This document shows, piece by piece, positions 1-12,843 of a stretch of DNA of 64,000 nt. A program made the position numbers and the translations under genes. Position 1 is the stretch's first letter, and the number at the start of each line of letters is the position of its first letter. Origin of the DNA: Eledone cirrhosa. Lineage: Eukaryota. The DNA lies in contig OZ024742.1 of NCBI GenBank assembly GCA_964016885.1, forward strand, positions 92,008,001-92,072,000. Direction: 5' to 3'. Below the pieces are notes generated by a model. That model was given only the letters and a program-made list of their open reading frames with translations. It searched no databases and was not told the origin of the DNA.

Positions 1-443
1 GCTTTATATAAAAATCTACGCACTCAAATCTAGCCTAGAGTTAACCATTTTGTTGCTGTATTTCCAATGAAAGGCACCACTTCCGATTTTCGATTAATTT
101 TCAAAAATGATAAAGAATTTGGAGAGACTTAATAATATAACTTATTTCCCATTATTAAGTTACTGTTTGGAACATAACTTTACGAAGGTTATTGAATTTT
201 TTTTTAAAATGATGTATTGTAAAACCAGGAATGGTTTCAGTGGAGTTGGCTTCAAAAGCGTTAAATAACAGGCATCCAATTTCATTCAAAATTATCAGAG
301 GTCGATCGGAGTGTAGGTTGTAGGTTAGAAGACAAATACCCGAAGTGTCGTGCCATGTGATCAGACCGATGATCTCATGATTAAAAAGCGAAGATCTCAA
401 CTATTCGACAATACCTGTTCTCATGAATGTCATGAGTAATAAT

Positions 444-838
444 TGTTTCTACTTTAGGCACAAGGCCAGCAATTACTCAGTGCATTACTGGTACTTTATT
501 TTATAGACCCCGTAAGGATGAAAGGCAAAGTCAACCTCGGCGGGATTTGAACTCAGATCGTAAAGGGACGTAACTATGCTGAAACGCATGGCGTCCGACC
601 CTCTACCGATACTGCCAATCCACCTTTGTTATGTAGGCACAAGGCCAGTTATTTGGGAGGAGGGGAAAGTCGTTTAAATCAACCCAGTACATTACTGGTG
701 CTTTATTTTATCGACCCCGTAAGGATGAAAAGCAAAATTAACCTCAGCGGGATTTGAACTCAGATCATAAAGGGCCGTAACTCTATGCTGCAAACAATGG
801 TGTCTGAGGCTCTACCGATACTGCCAATCCACTGCCCT
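444..838 (-). mobile_element. Tandem pair of tRNA-derived SINEs (family S1, Nin/Deu-like core) flanked by an 18-bp direct repeat
   Basis: Two copies of ggattggcagtatcggtagag...gagttcaaatcc (A/B boxes)...gcctttcatccttacggggtcgataaaataaagtaccag. aatgtcatgagtaataat occurs at 426-443 and 839-856. Confidence 0.85.
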
Positions 839-1084
839 AATGTCATGAGTAATAATGAATGAGTTATCTGTTCGTATGAACAACTTCTGGTAGTTTTGCT
901 GAAGTAAATTTCGTATAATTAGATCGTCTCTATAAGAAACCACGTTGGCAAAAACCGAAACGCCCCACATTGAATGTGAGATTTATGACCTCAGCAGGTA
1001 CATGCTGTGAATATACTCTCAAAATGGGCCTTATCAATGTGAGATAATATATCAACATATTTTGACTACAAAAATGATTTACTT

Positions 1085-1118
<34 letters not shown>

Positions 1119-1132
1119 TATATGTGTGTGAG

Positions 1133-1163
<31 letters not shown>

Positions 1164-1192
1164 TATATACTCACACACACACACACACGCAC

Positions 1193-1269
<77 letters not shown>

Positions 1270-1287
1270 TGTGTGAGTATATATATA

Positions 1288-1884
1288 CTAGCCGAATTAC
1301 CCGCGCCTTGCTGCGTTTCACACATTTTTGTTTTGTAAGGAAATGATGATTTATTTTAAATCCGTGATATAATTTATGGAGAAGAAATAAGGGGTAAATG
1401 TTAAAAAAATAGAGGCATTAACTAATAATTTTTGTTGTCATAATTCTAGTGATGTTTTGCCATAGATAAAATGTCTAAAATAGCCAAATTTTACTATAAA
1501 ACAGAGGTGCTTTTTTTGTGGATTTACGTTTAATTAATAGAAAAATCCCGTGATAATAGAGGTTCCAATACTCAAATTATGGGCTTCCAAAATTTTCACT
1601 ATAGGGGGTTTAACCCTATTAGAGTGCCTTAATATTATTGAAATTTGCTGAAATTTTGTGAATAGGCATCATATCTTGTCATTTAACTATGGTTTAAATC
1701 GAAAGGAAAAAAATTTTCAGCGGGGGTTTGTGCCCCCTGGGGAACACTTTGATAAAAATGAAATATACTTATCCAAGTACCCTGGGCAATAAAGTTTCAG
1801 AATATATACGGTTATGGGGGTATATCTCCCAAACCATAGGAGTTCGTGAACAAACAAATCGGAACTACAACTTTATATATATCG

Positions 1885-1885
<1 letters not shown>
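1288..1885 (-). mobile_element. Non-autonomous Helitron, family H1
   Basis: Minus strand A|TC(g)atatatataaagttgtagttcc...gcaaggcgcgggtaattcggCTAG|T. Homologous to 52001-52509. Confidence 0.8.
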
Positions 1886-1937
<52 letters not shown>

Positions 1938-2700
1938 AAATGATTTTTGTATACATACTCATGTAAAAGTCGGATATCGTAGACTATATTTTGGGGTTAA
2001 ATTTATTGGGCCAACTATTACATGGATACTACTTTCGAGGAGATGGAATTCATACTACAATCCAAAATACCGTATCAATACTTAGAAAACTAAATGAATC
2101 AAAACAGAAACAATGACTTACAGTAATAGTACAGATATTTCTATGCAACAAAACACCTTTCTCCTACTTTCTGCCAAAACACCTAAGTAAGGCTGCGAAG
2201 CTCTTATAGATATTTCCATTTCTTTTCTTTTTTTTTTTTTTCGTTTTCTTTTTTACTCCAATATAATCTATTATAGTGGATAATAGATATGCATGTGCTT
2301 CCTACAATGCACATCGTAACTCGTCTAAAAACGAGTTATTTCCCGCTGGGAAAACTCAATAAGATACTTTTCAAAATCAATTAAATTAATTGGAGCTCCG
2401 ACAACAATCTCTATGCAAATGAAATCTTTCTCATACTTATTTCACCTTATACATTACAGCTACCTCGAATGTTTATCTGTTTCTCTTGCTGGCTGGTTGG
2501 CTGCTGGTTATTTCTTTCTCTATGTCAATTTCTCATCAATTATTCACCTATCTAATCCACATTTCTTGATATTACTTCTCAATCTTCGGTATAGCCACTA
2601 CATTCTCGATCACATTTCTCTTGCGTGAGAAAAAAACGACAAAAATATGTAACCGACAAACAATAAAAGGGACACATAACTAAGCCTTTTATTATAATAA

Positions 2701-3144
2701 CTAGAAGAAAAATCACCCTTCGAGTGGTTTTCTGCTAGCATGTAGGTATATATACATGTAGATATGATACATCAAATAAAATCGTAATTGACAATATATA
2801 ATACATAGAAATTGAACGAAGACTTATGTAATCAGTAACGTAATCCATGATACATTAAAAAAGACGATATTATATATAAACTGCATTAAGAGAAAATTAG
2901 TGACGGAAAATTAGTATGTTTATTTAAGCGATTGCCACCGGAAGTGTTGACATTTCAGAAATTTTAAAGAAGGGAATCTTTAAATAAACAAAATATATTT
3001 AATGAACAGCCACAAAATTGAGTAGATAAATTATGTAATATTCATTCATTATTTATTCAAAGTAATCCAACTTATTTTACAAACGGGATAAAAAAAGAAT
3101 AAACAGTACGCAATCCCGCAGACCTTCCTTTATTATAGTTTAGA
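2701..3144 (-). mobile_element. Non-autonomous Helitron, family H2
   Basis: Minus strand A|TCtaaactataataaagg...cactcgaagggtg hairpin...cttCTAG|T. The interior is homologous to 63630-64000. Confidence 0.7.
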
Positions 3145-3145
3145 T

Positions 3146-3585
3146 GGTTTCGTATTTAGGCACAAGGTCAACAATATGAAAGGAGGGGAAAGTCGATTAA
3201 ATCGAAACCAGTGCGTTATTGGTACTTTATTGTATCGACCCCGTAAGGATAAAAGGCAAAGCTAGCCACAGCGGGATATGAATTCAGAACGTAAAAAGAC
3301 GTAGCTATAAGCTGCAAAGCATGTTGTGTGACGTTTTACCGATACTGCCAATCCACCGCTATTTTATAATAAGGGTTTCTTATACAGGCACAAGGCCAGC
3401 AATTTTTGGGGAGGGGAAAGTCGATTAAATCGACCCCAGTGCGTGACTGGTTCTTTATTTTATCGACCCAGTAAGGATGAAAAGCAAAGTTAACCTCGGC
3501 GGGATTTGAACTCAGATCATAAAGGGCCGTAACTCTATGTTGCGTCCGACCCTCTACCGATACTGCCAATCCACCGCCATACCGC
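3146..3585 (-). mobile_element. Tandem pair of S1 SINEs
   Basis: Two head-to-tail copies of the same consensus. Confidence 0.85.
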
Positions 3586-4162
3586 CATTTTATAATAATG
3601 ATGGGTGTGTTTGTATCTGTGTGTGTTAATAGTGTTGCGATGTATATGATTATTTTTCTATATATTGTCTGTGTGTGAGTGAGTGCTGAACGCTTATAAA
3701 CAGGTAGATTCTCCGTCGCTTTTTATAATAAGTATCCAGTTTTTCGGTCAATTCCTGTGCGTATTTCGTGAATTCAGTTAAGTATTCTGCAGGGTAAAAG
3801 TAACATCTTAACCTACTTATCAAGTATTACAGGTACAATTAAGTAAGAGAGAGAGAGAGAGATCACTCTTGAAAATATTAAAGGCTAAGTTGATCTTGGT
3901 GGAATATGTATATATATTTGAAAGTGTGGGATTCCCCATCTTTTCATGTATATATATATCGTTGTGGTTATAAACTATGGCCACAAACACTTGGTCGTTT
4001 TAATCATGGTATCACTCTTTCTTAACTGTGTGTTTACTCTGGACGAAAATGTATTAACTTTCCGCACCATGGAGTGCTTTGTGACTGCCTCAAACAATTC
4101 GATTGGTATCTGCTTTACTGCGAATACTACTTCGATTTATACCTAGTATTATATATTTAAAT

Positions 4163-4658
4163 AAGGTGGTGGATTGGCAGTATCAGTAGAGGGTCGGATG
4201 CCATGCTTTGCAGCAACCAGTTACGGCCCCTTATGGTCTGAGTTCAAATCCCGCCGAGGTTAACTTTGCCTTTCATCCTTACGGGGTCGATAAAATAAAG
4301 TACCAGTAATACACTGAGATAATTGCTCGCCTTGTGCCAAAAGTAGAAACAATTATATATATGAATGTCAGTGACTTTGAAGTTTCAGGTTAGTTTTTTC
4401 GTCTACGAAAGACAAAGAGAGTTCAAATGTCGCCAAGAGGGTGATGAATTGGCTGTATCAGTAGAGCGTTGGACACAATGCTTCGCGGCATAGTTACGGC
4501 CCTTTATGTTCTGAGTTCAAATCCTGCCGAGGTTAGCTTTGCCTTTCCTCCTTACGGGCTGGATAAAATAAAGTGCCAAGTAACACATCGGGATCAATTT
4601 AATCGACTGTCTCCTCTCCCAAAAATTGCTGGCCTTGTGCCTGAATCAGAAACCATTA
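4163..4658 (+). mobile_element. Two S1 SINEs (about 4163-4353 short tail, 4439-4658 long tail)
   Basis: A/B boxes, gcctttcatcc core, tail ...ggccttgtgcc..tagaaac. Confidence 0.85.
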
Positions 4659-5262
4659 TTTCGGAGTTAAATAAATTACCAGTCTAAAGTAGGGATTGTT
4701 GGAATTGTTAGAGCCTCAAACTAGATGCTTTGTGTGTATAGGAAAGTTATTTGTGTTGCGGGTTCGATTTCCATTGAAATGCCTAAACAGCGCCCCCACC
4801 AGTACCACCCTTCAGACTCGTGATTCAACAATAAAACAGATCGATACTGGCGTCGGATTCATAACTCCTATGGGTGAACTTAAGCTAATCCTCTGCGAAA
4901 CGCGCGTAACAGGTCGATATATAACATAAACCTAAAACCATGTAAACGAAACTTCATCGTTTTCCTTAATATATACAATCTGCCTGTGTATCGATTGATC
5001 ATATTTGTAGCATCCCCAGCTATTCACTGAATCACATACCTTTTTGACCTCTTTGTATATATTGATATTGTATTACTGAGGCAATATGCGTCTGATCAAT
5101 TTATTCTTGGTGTCACTAACCTTAACTTTTTGTGTTCGCTCTGAGTAGACATTTATTAATTTCTCATTCATTGAGTACTTCGTGACAGTCTCTCATGATT
5201 CGTTTGTTCATCTGCCATAGTGCAGCTGCAACTTCGGTTATACTCATTATTTTATTATATAT

Positions 5263-5419
5263 AGGTGGTGGATTTTCAGCACAAAGTTACGTCCCTTTAC
5301 GTTCTGAGTTCAAATCCCAGCGAGGTTAACTTTGCCTTTCATCCTTACGGGGTCGATAAAATAAAGTACCAGTAATGTACTGGTGCAATTGCTGGCCTTG
5401 TGCCAAAAGTAGAAACAAT
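5263..5419 (+). mobile_element. S1 SINE with internal deletion
   Basis: Matches the S1 consensus but lacks about 30 bp of the head. Confidence 0.8.
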
Positions 5420-5433
5420 TATTTTATTATATA

Positions 5434-5464
<31 letters not shown>

Positions 5465-5502
5465 ATAAGGGTTGACGGACCCAGCATATTTATCAAATCC
5501 AG

Positions 5503-5542
<40 letters not shown>

Positions 5543-5653
5543 TATATACATGCATAGTTAAACACACACACACACACCCACACGCATATACATATATATA
5601 TGTGTGTATAACTATGCATGTATAAATGTGTACACACACATACGGGGTGTGTG

Positions 5654-5684
<31 letters not shown>

Positions 5685-5898
5685 ATCTGTGTGTGTGTGT
5701 ATAACTATGCATGTATAACACACACACACACACACGTACTGTGTCATTTGCGTATTTCTGTTTACTATTTAAGTATATATACGGTGCTGTATGTGTGTAT
5801 ATATATATATATATGTGTGTGTGTGAGTATAAATATATATATATATGTGTGTGTGTATAACTATGCATGTATATATGTGTACACACACACACACATAC

Positions 5899-5931
<33 letters not shown>

Positions 5932-6218
5932 CTCATATACACTCACAGACATATATATATATACACTCACAGATATAAATGTATATGTGTATGTATATAT
6001 GTATATGTGTATGTATGCATGTATTGCGCTAGTGTCTGTGTTGTTTCCTAATTGTTGCTAGCTCTTTCTTCTAATTATCTCTATGCTGTCTCTACTATCG
6101 ACGTACCTGACTATGTCAGTCTGTGCATTGGCATGTGCTAAAGAGACCACAATATAAACTGTTATGCTGTGTGTGTGCTGTGTTTGTGTATGATGTGTTT
6201 GTATGTTACGCGTACATG

Positions 6219-6478
6219 TGTGTGTGTGCTTACTGTATGTGCGTGTGCGTTCGTGTGTGCTTACTGTATGTGCGTGTATGCGTTCGTGTGTGTTTACTGT
6301 ATGTGCGTGTGTGCGTTCGTGTGTGCTTACTGTATGTGCGTGTGTGCGTTCGTGTGTGTTTACTATATGTGCGCGGGTGCGTTCGTGTGTGCTTACTGTA
6401 TGTGCGTGTGTACGTTCGTGTGTGCTTACTGTATGTGCGTGTGTGCGTTCGTGTGTGTTTACTGTATGTGCGTGTGTG
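6219..6478 (+). repeat. 33-bp minisatellite, about 8 copies
   Basis: Unit gcgttcgtgtgtgcttactgtatgtgcgtgtgt. Explains the VRVCLLY and HTRTYSK ORFs. Confidence 0.9.
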
Positions 6479-8660
6479 CTGCCAGAGTATGTTTTTTTGT
6501 TTTTTTTTTAATGAAATTAAAGTCGTTTCGCTGTAGCTAAGTAGAATATTTAAAGTGGAGTGAAAGAGTTGGGTTGGAAGTGGTTTCGTGAAACGTCTGT
6601 CAGCTTTTGTTAATACGGTGTTAGTTCTTCTAACTTTTCTCTCTTCCTGACCAACTTTATGTACCATAATATGTACCATAATCTATCTATCTAGCTTTAT
6701 CAGTCTATCTATCTAGCAAATTATCTACATTTATCTGTTTATCTGTAGATAGCTATACCTATCTATCTAGCTAGCAAGCTCTACGAACCCATGTATCTTT
6801 CCCCCACACCTATCTGCCTCTTTATTTCTGTCTTTTCCCCCTCTACTTCTCCACTCCACTACCCTCTCCCCCACCCCTCTCTCTCTCTCACTCGCTCGCT
6901 CGTCTAGGTACCCCTTCATCCATCCATCTACTTAACTAGCCAGCTTTCTTGGCGTTAATAAATATGTATTGTATAAAGGCCATGATCCCGTTTCGATTCC
7001 CAGTTGGAACACAAATTCGTACCGAAATAATAACAACAAGAGGCAATCTAGGAAATACATAAATTCCTTTATACTCCGCCACTATACACTAAAGACCTCT
7101 TAGGCAGTCTATCTCATCAAGTCTGACTTTCTCAATCTAAATATCTTCCTTACATTTATTTTCAATACTATTTTTTCTTTTGCGTGTGTATTCTCTAGAG
7201 AGGTTTTAACACCTCAACCAACAGCAGCTGTTACCACCACCACAACCGTGGCCACTACTACTACTACTACTACAACAACAATAATAATGAAAACAACAAC
7301 TGCTGCTGCTTAGAATGAAATCTAAATATTTATATCTAATTACCTCCCTCTCTCTTTCGTTACACACACATATATATATATGTGCGCGTGTGTGGTTGTA
7401 AATTACATATTCAAATGTATGAGTGTGAATTAGACATTCATATGTGTGTATATATCTTACCTATTTACTTGTTTCTCTCTCTCTACCCATTCCTTAAGCA
7501 CATCTGCCTCACTTTCTCGCTTTAATTACCTTCACTCATTCCGCACGTCTGTACAGTGTCTCATCCTCCCCGCCACCACCTCAAGAGATATTAATCTCCC
7601 ACCACCGCCACCATGACTACGACTGCAGTAGCAGAACGACAACGACTACTACTACTGCTACTATAACGACACATTACACTCACTCCTCCTACCACACTAA
7701 TACTCAGCTTGCTGCTGCTGTAGTTGCTTCTGCTTGTGGTGCGGCTGTTGCTTCTGCTGATAGCTGTTGATTGCTGTTATTATTATCATCATCCCAGAAT
7801 TGGGGGAAGTGTTATAGAACAAGTACCGCCAACCGATGGCCTTTCAACAGTGAGGAGCAGTAGCAGGAGGAAGAGTAATAGTAAGAGATGAGAGGAAAAC
7901 TGAACTGACGCAGTGAATGTGTGTATATTATTTTTGACACATTCGTTTTGTTTAGGCTATATTGTAGTCGTACATACCAGGCTAGCTTCATTCTTCACTT
8001 CGCCTTCATTGAGACCAACAGTTGGCTCACTTTGTTATTTTACTCACACAGACAACATATATTTTGTTAAAATCTAGTTGATGTCTAGCTGTCCCACAGT
8101 AGTAACATCAGATATATATACATTTGTATACATTTTTAATTGAACATTCATAGGAATTCGGTAACATTTATCTAAATATTGTTGTTTAATATATCCACAT
8201 ATATACATACACATCTTTGTGTTTTTCTTCAATAACTATACCACGACGGATCCACACACGGACATATCTATATTATCTCACAACATACCTGCACTGACTC
8301 TTTGGAATATTACATTTCCATTAAATATTCTTTTTTTTTTTTTTAAATAACTAAGTGTTTAAATACATGGACGATTATGTCCAACGTTTTCATCGTAAAT
8401 ACTCTAAATATTCGTCGCTGTACTGTTATATAGATTGTATATAACAGCGGAAGAAAATATTTGTATCATTTCATTTTTACCTGTTGCTCTCACCCTAATA
8501 TTTTGATGTAGTGTGCGTGGGTGACGAGGTGCTCATACATTTTTGGAAAATAAATAATATAAACGTGACTAAAATACTATAAAACTGATTAAATACTTCA
8601 GACACATTATATATATAAATATACCTATAACAAGAGAAGATAAGAGAAAATTCAATCGAG

Positions 8661-8957
8661 ATGGGTTCTACAGCGACACCAGACACAAACACCACCACAT
8701 TGTTTCAAATTTCGGACGACAAATACACGGCATCTATCGAACTATCGAATGCCTGCCGAGAATTTTATCGATCGAGGATTAAAGCAGCGGAAATCGCTCG
8801 CAAGAAACTCGAATGTGATTCAAATTTCGATAAAACTGATACCGGTTCTAACACAAGTAGCACAAGTAATGCTAGTAATGCTACTACTACTAATAACCAC
8901 CATGCTCGCAAGAAGACCACAATAGATATCGCTATGGAACAATTACGAAGGGAAATG
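8661..8957 (+). CDS. Coding exon 1 of a LURAP1/FAM89-like leucine-rich adaptor protein (99 codons)
   Basis: ATG in good context (gagATGG) with an in-frame TAA 33 nt upstream at 8628. Non-repetitive ORF ending ...TIDIAMEQLRREM, then a consensus donor G|GTAAGT at 8958. Joined to exon 2 it reads AMEQLRREM-NSLMDQDLSLMKQLLILNETIEDLK, matching the LURAP/FAM89 leucine-repeat pattern (L..EM..L...D..L..QL..LNE.I..LK) as recalled. Confidence 0.85.
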
Positions 8958-9332
8958 GTAAGTTTTGAAGCTTCTTCATTCATGCATATAAACAAAGCTT
9001 TAGCGTACGTACACACTTACACAAGAACATTATTTGGGGGTGGAGGAATCAGCCAATGTTACTATTTACCTCCAAGTACAGAATAATGAAAATAAATATA
9101 TCTCGCCGGAATTTGAACTATTTAATGCTTATTGTTTATTGTGTGTGTATGTGTGACGATATATGGTACAAATATGTGTGCACGTATATGCATTTCATCG
9201 TAGGCATTAGATCACTAGATCACCGTGTGTTTTACATACATATATATCACATTGTGTAATAACATTCACACAAACATAACGTGTGCAACAGTCTCATATA
9301 TATATAAAGTGTGTGTGTGTGTGCGTGTGCGT

Positions 9333-9383
<51 letters not shown>

Positions 9384-9581
9384 CGTGTGTGTGTATTGAA
9401 AACAAAGCGAGGTTTCACATTAATATAGATTCTGAGCCACCCATCAGTGAAACAGTCGTAACTAACTATGTATAATCAATAAATACCTCGATTTGTGTTC
9501 AATATATACACTCTGTCCTAGCATAGAGAGCTGATTTTGGTACCCGCGTCAGTAAACGACGGACGAATCTACTGAACCACC

Positions 9582-9621
<40 letters not shown>

Positions 9622-9863
9622 TTTACCAGTTTTGGTCTAGTTTGCTTTTAGTCCTTTCGAGATCGATAGAACAAGTACCAGTTTAGTACTGGTGTCGATT
9701 CATCCTCCATATCTCTTTCTCACCTCCATTCTCTCACTCTATCTTTCTTAGCAGAGTATTCGATACTTGGGGGTAGTAGAGTGTGATTATATTAACAAGA
9801 TTCCAGAGTTTGAAGTTAGCTGTCGAAACGGCAAGAGCTCAACCGCCGGGCCCCGATTCTCTC

Positions 9864-9906
<43 letters not shown>

Positions 9907-10764
9907 CACATGAATGCAACACATACACAACACCATGTGTCGCATACACACACTCTTCGATGCACACACAACACAAACATGCAGCATTAATTCATACATA
10001 CACACACATCACCAACAGGTGTAACACATTTGTACATACAGACACACACACACCACCACCACCAACCGGCGTAACATTCCCACATACCACCGTACATACA
10101 TTCGCATAACTAAGTATACATTGGAAATATATATTATTCCTGACTGGGAATGTGGTACATTTTAATTATAACACCAGTCTCGAAGACGAGTGTTATGGAG
10201 TTCTCGAATGAAAGAACCGCAGGAAACGAGTTATTTATGACGGGGTGGGGAGCCATAATTTCCCCAAAATAAATAAAAGATATTATATAGGAAAAATACA
10301 CATTTAACCTTCAAAATGTTGTCTAAACCTATCAATTATATATACCCTTAACATTAAAAAAAAATTATATTATTATTACACCCGTTTTGAAGACATGTAA
10401 TAAATAATAAACATTTATCGAAAAAGTTAATCAGACAGAATGAGGTTGAGTGGGTAAATATATGTAGTTTCTTTAGTCTAGTGGGGAACAAAGGTTCGAT
10501 CTTTGCACTCTTCATTCACCAAACTGACATGTTAATTTTCTTAATAAATTATTCAAATATTGTTTTTTTCTGTCCGACTGGTGTGTAGCAAGCAGACAGC
10601 TACACACACACACACTCTCTCTTTCTCTTTAGCTATCGTCTAAAGTCTCTCCCACTTTCTCTCTCTCCCTGCTGTTTGCATGTCTGAAGTCTTTCCTACT
10701 CTCTCTCTCTTTACCTGTGGTCTACCTGTCTCAAATCTCTCTCTCTCTATATATATATATATAT

Positions 10765-10960
10765 GACCCCGACGGCTGAGCTCAAGCCGTTTCGACGGCT
10801 AATTCTGGACTAAAAAAATGTTTAGTCCAGAATTAGCCGTCGAAATGTCTTGAGCTCAGCCGTCGGGGTCCTTCTCGTTCCTATTACCCACTCTACTACC
10901 CTAAGTATTGAGTACTCTGGTGCGTTATGGTCCATCTGGTTCCTTACCACATTTCCTTCG

Positions 10961-10962
<2 letters not shown>
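10765..10962 (+). repeat. Asymmetric foldback element (50-bp arms plus about 90-bp extension) between (TA)n tracts
   Basis: 10765-10814 pairs with 10821-10870 (2 mismatches). Relatives lie at 14598-14787 (inverted) and 9750-9856. Confidence 0.9.
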
Positions 10963-10996
<34 letters not shown>

Positions 10997-11329
10997 CTGT
11001 TGTCTGCTTATCTGACCTCCCTGTCTGCCCTCCTCTCTTCCTATTGTCTGTCTTCTGATCTCTCTCTTTTTCTCTACCATTTTTTCTTTTTACCTGTTGT
11101 CCGTCTCTCCGAGTTTCACTACCTTATCTTACCAATACTCTATTTGTCTATCTTGGCGTCTTGTCTCTTATTTGTTCCTATTTATCACGAAACAGTATTG
11201 TTTCAATAAACGGAAATTGGCTTTCTGATTGGCATGTGTTTCTACTACTATAGCATATATGAGCACAACGTTTGTTAACCCGCTCCACACAAAACATTCA
11301 TTCTTGTGTCGTTACTGTTTGACTACCAG

Positions 11330-11625
11330 ATTATATATAATGAAAACCGTCTTCTTACCATGTCAGATCATGTATTATAACACAAAAAAGAAAGCAGCTC
11401 GTTGACCATATTAAATTGACCATGTATTGTAGAAACCGACTTTGCAATATGTCAGACAGTATACTGTAAAAATAGACCTTTGACTATCTGACCATCCTAG
11501 ACCATTTACAGTAAAAGCAGCTCTTTGACTATCTCCGACCATTTACAGTAAAAGCAGCCCCTTGACCATATTAGACCATTTATAAAATAGTTCTTTGACT
11601 ATGTCAGACCATGTTCAGTAAAAAA
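11330..11625 (+). repeat. Degenerate tandem repeat, units of roughly 35-40 bp
   Basis: Recurring gaccat(t)tacagtaaaagcagc(t)c(t)ttgac(t/c)at. Confidence 0.7.
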
Positions 11626-12407
11626 AGAAATCCCTTGAAAGTCACGTCGGTATGGACAAGAGAACATAAGGTTACCAATGGGGAAGGTTCATTTGCTTAT
11701 AAGTTACCATCTTATCCAGACGTATATTTATTCCACATCAATGTTATACCAAGCGGAGTAAAGTGTCATCTCTCGTGGTTTGTGTACAGTGACATCGACA
11801 GCTCTCTAAGATAGTCACCGAAAGAATTGTTCTTAGGGAAACATTGTTATAAACCCAGAGGGTCGTCAAACCTGTGCTTCTTAATTTCATTGGCGTTAAG
11901 CAACTGAGGTGGGGTTACAGTCCGACGTAAGGTTGCCCCCAAGTACTACTGTTACTTATTCCTAGCTGAAGTAATGTGAAATGAAGTGCCTTGCTCAAGA
12001 ATACAATATGCCATGAATTTACTGTCGGGAGCCTAACCACCTAACCATTAGGCTACATGCTTTTACTTAATAATATCTTTGTGTATGCTGCTATTTTTAT
12101 CTGTTGCATACGTATGTCGTCAGTGTTTCTATTTATTTATGTCACTGTTTCTATATGTGTATGTTTTTTATTCTGTGTGCTGGTTATATGTATTACTGCG
12201 ATTGAGGAGGAGGTGGAGGCCAGGCATCTTAATACATGTGTCTCGAACAAGAGATGTTTATCACCTTGATGAAAATCCTATCAAAAGCCTCATCAATTAT
12301 TGAACCAAATAGAAAAAGGTCGACTAAGAATAAACTGAAATGTCATAATGATAGTCACTTTATCAGTACACAAACACATATACATTTACTCACACACACC
12401 ATACGTA

Positions 12408-12451
<44 letters not shown>

Positions 12452-12694
12452 GTGTGTGTGTGAGTGTGTCTGAGTGAAATGAAAGTTTAACTGGTTCGCT
12501 ATGAGGTTGTATTATTTCTTCAGAGGTATATTGGGTGATTTAATGAGAAGGGCCAAAATCATATCACGAAAGCTAAAGTAAAATGAAGTGGCTGCCTTGC
12601 TCAAGAACAACGCGTTTCCTGGTTTAGAAGTTGAACGTACGACCATATAATCATGAACTTGTTCAACACCAAGGACATGCCCCTTCCCTATAAC

Positions 12695-12726
<32 letters not shown>

Positions 12727-12727
<1 letters not shown>

Positions 12728-12843
12728 ATTGTTTCTACTTTTGGCACAAGGCCACAATTACCCAGTGCATTACTGGTACTTTATTTTATCGACCCCGTAA
12801 GGATGAAAGGAAAAGTTAACCTCGGCGGGATTTGAACTCAGAA
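12727..12843 (-). mobile_element. 5'-truncated S1 SINE
   Basis: Tail plus core, ending at ...gatttgaactcaga. Confidence 0.8.

Noticed and set aside
4163-4260. tRNA-like A/B box sequences here and at many other sites
   Set aside because: They are SINE heads followed by SINE cores. No complete cloverleaf could be supported.
8958-9086. Continuation of the exon 1 ORF to 141 aa
   Set aside because: It lies after a consensus donor, and the domain continues in exon 2. Treated as intronic read-through.
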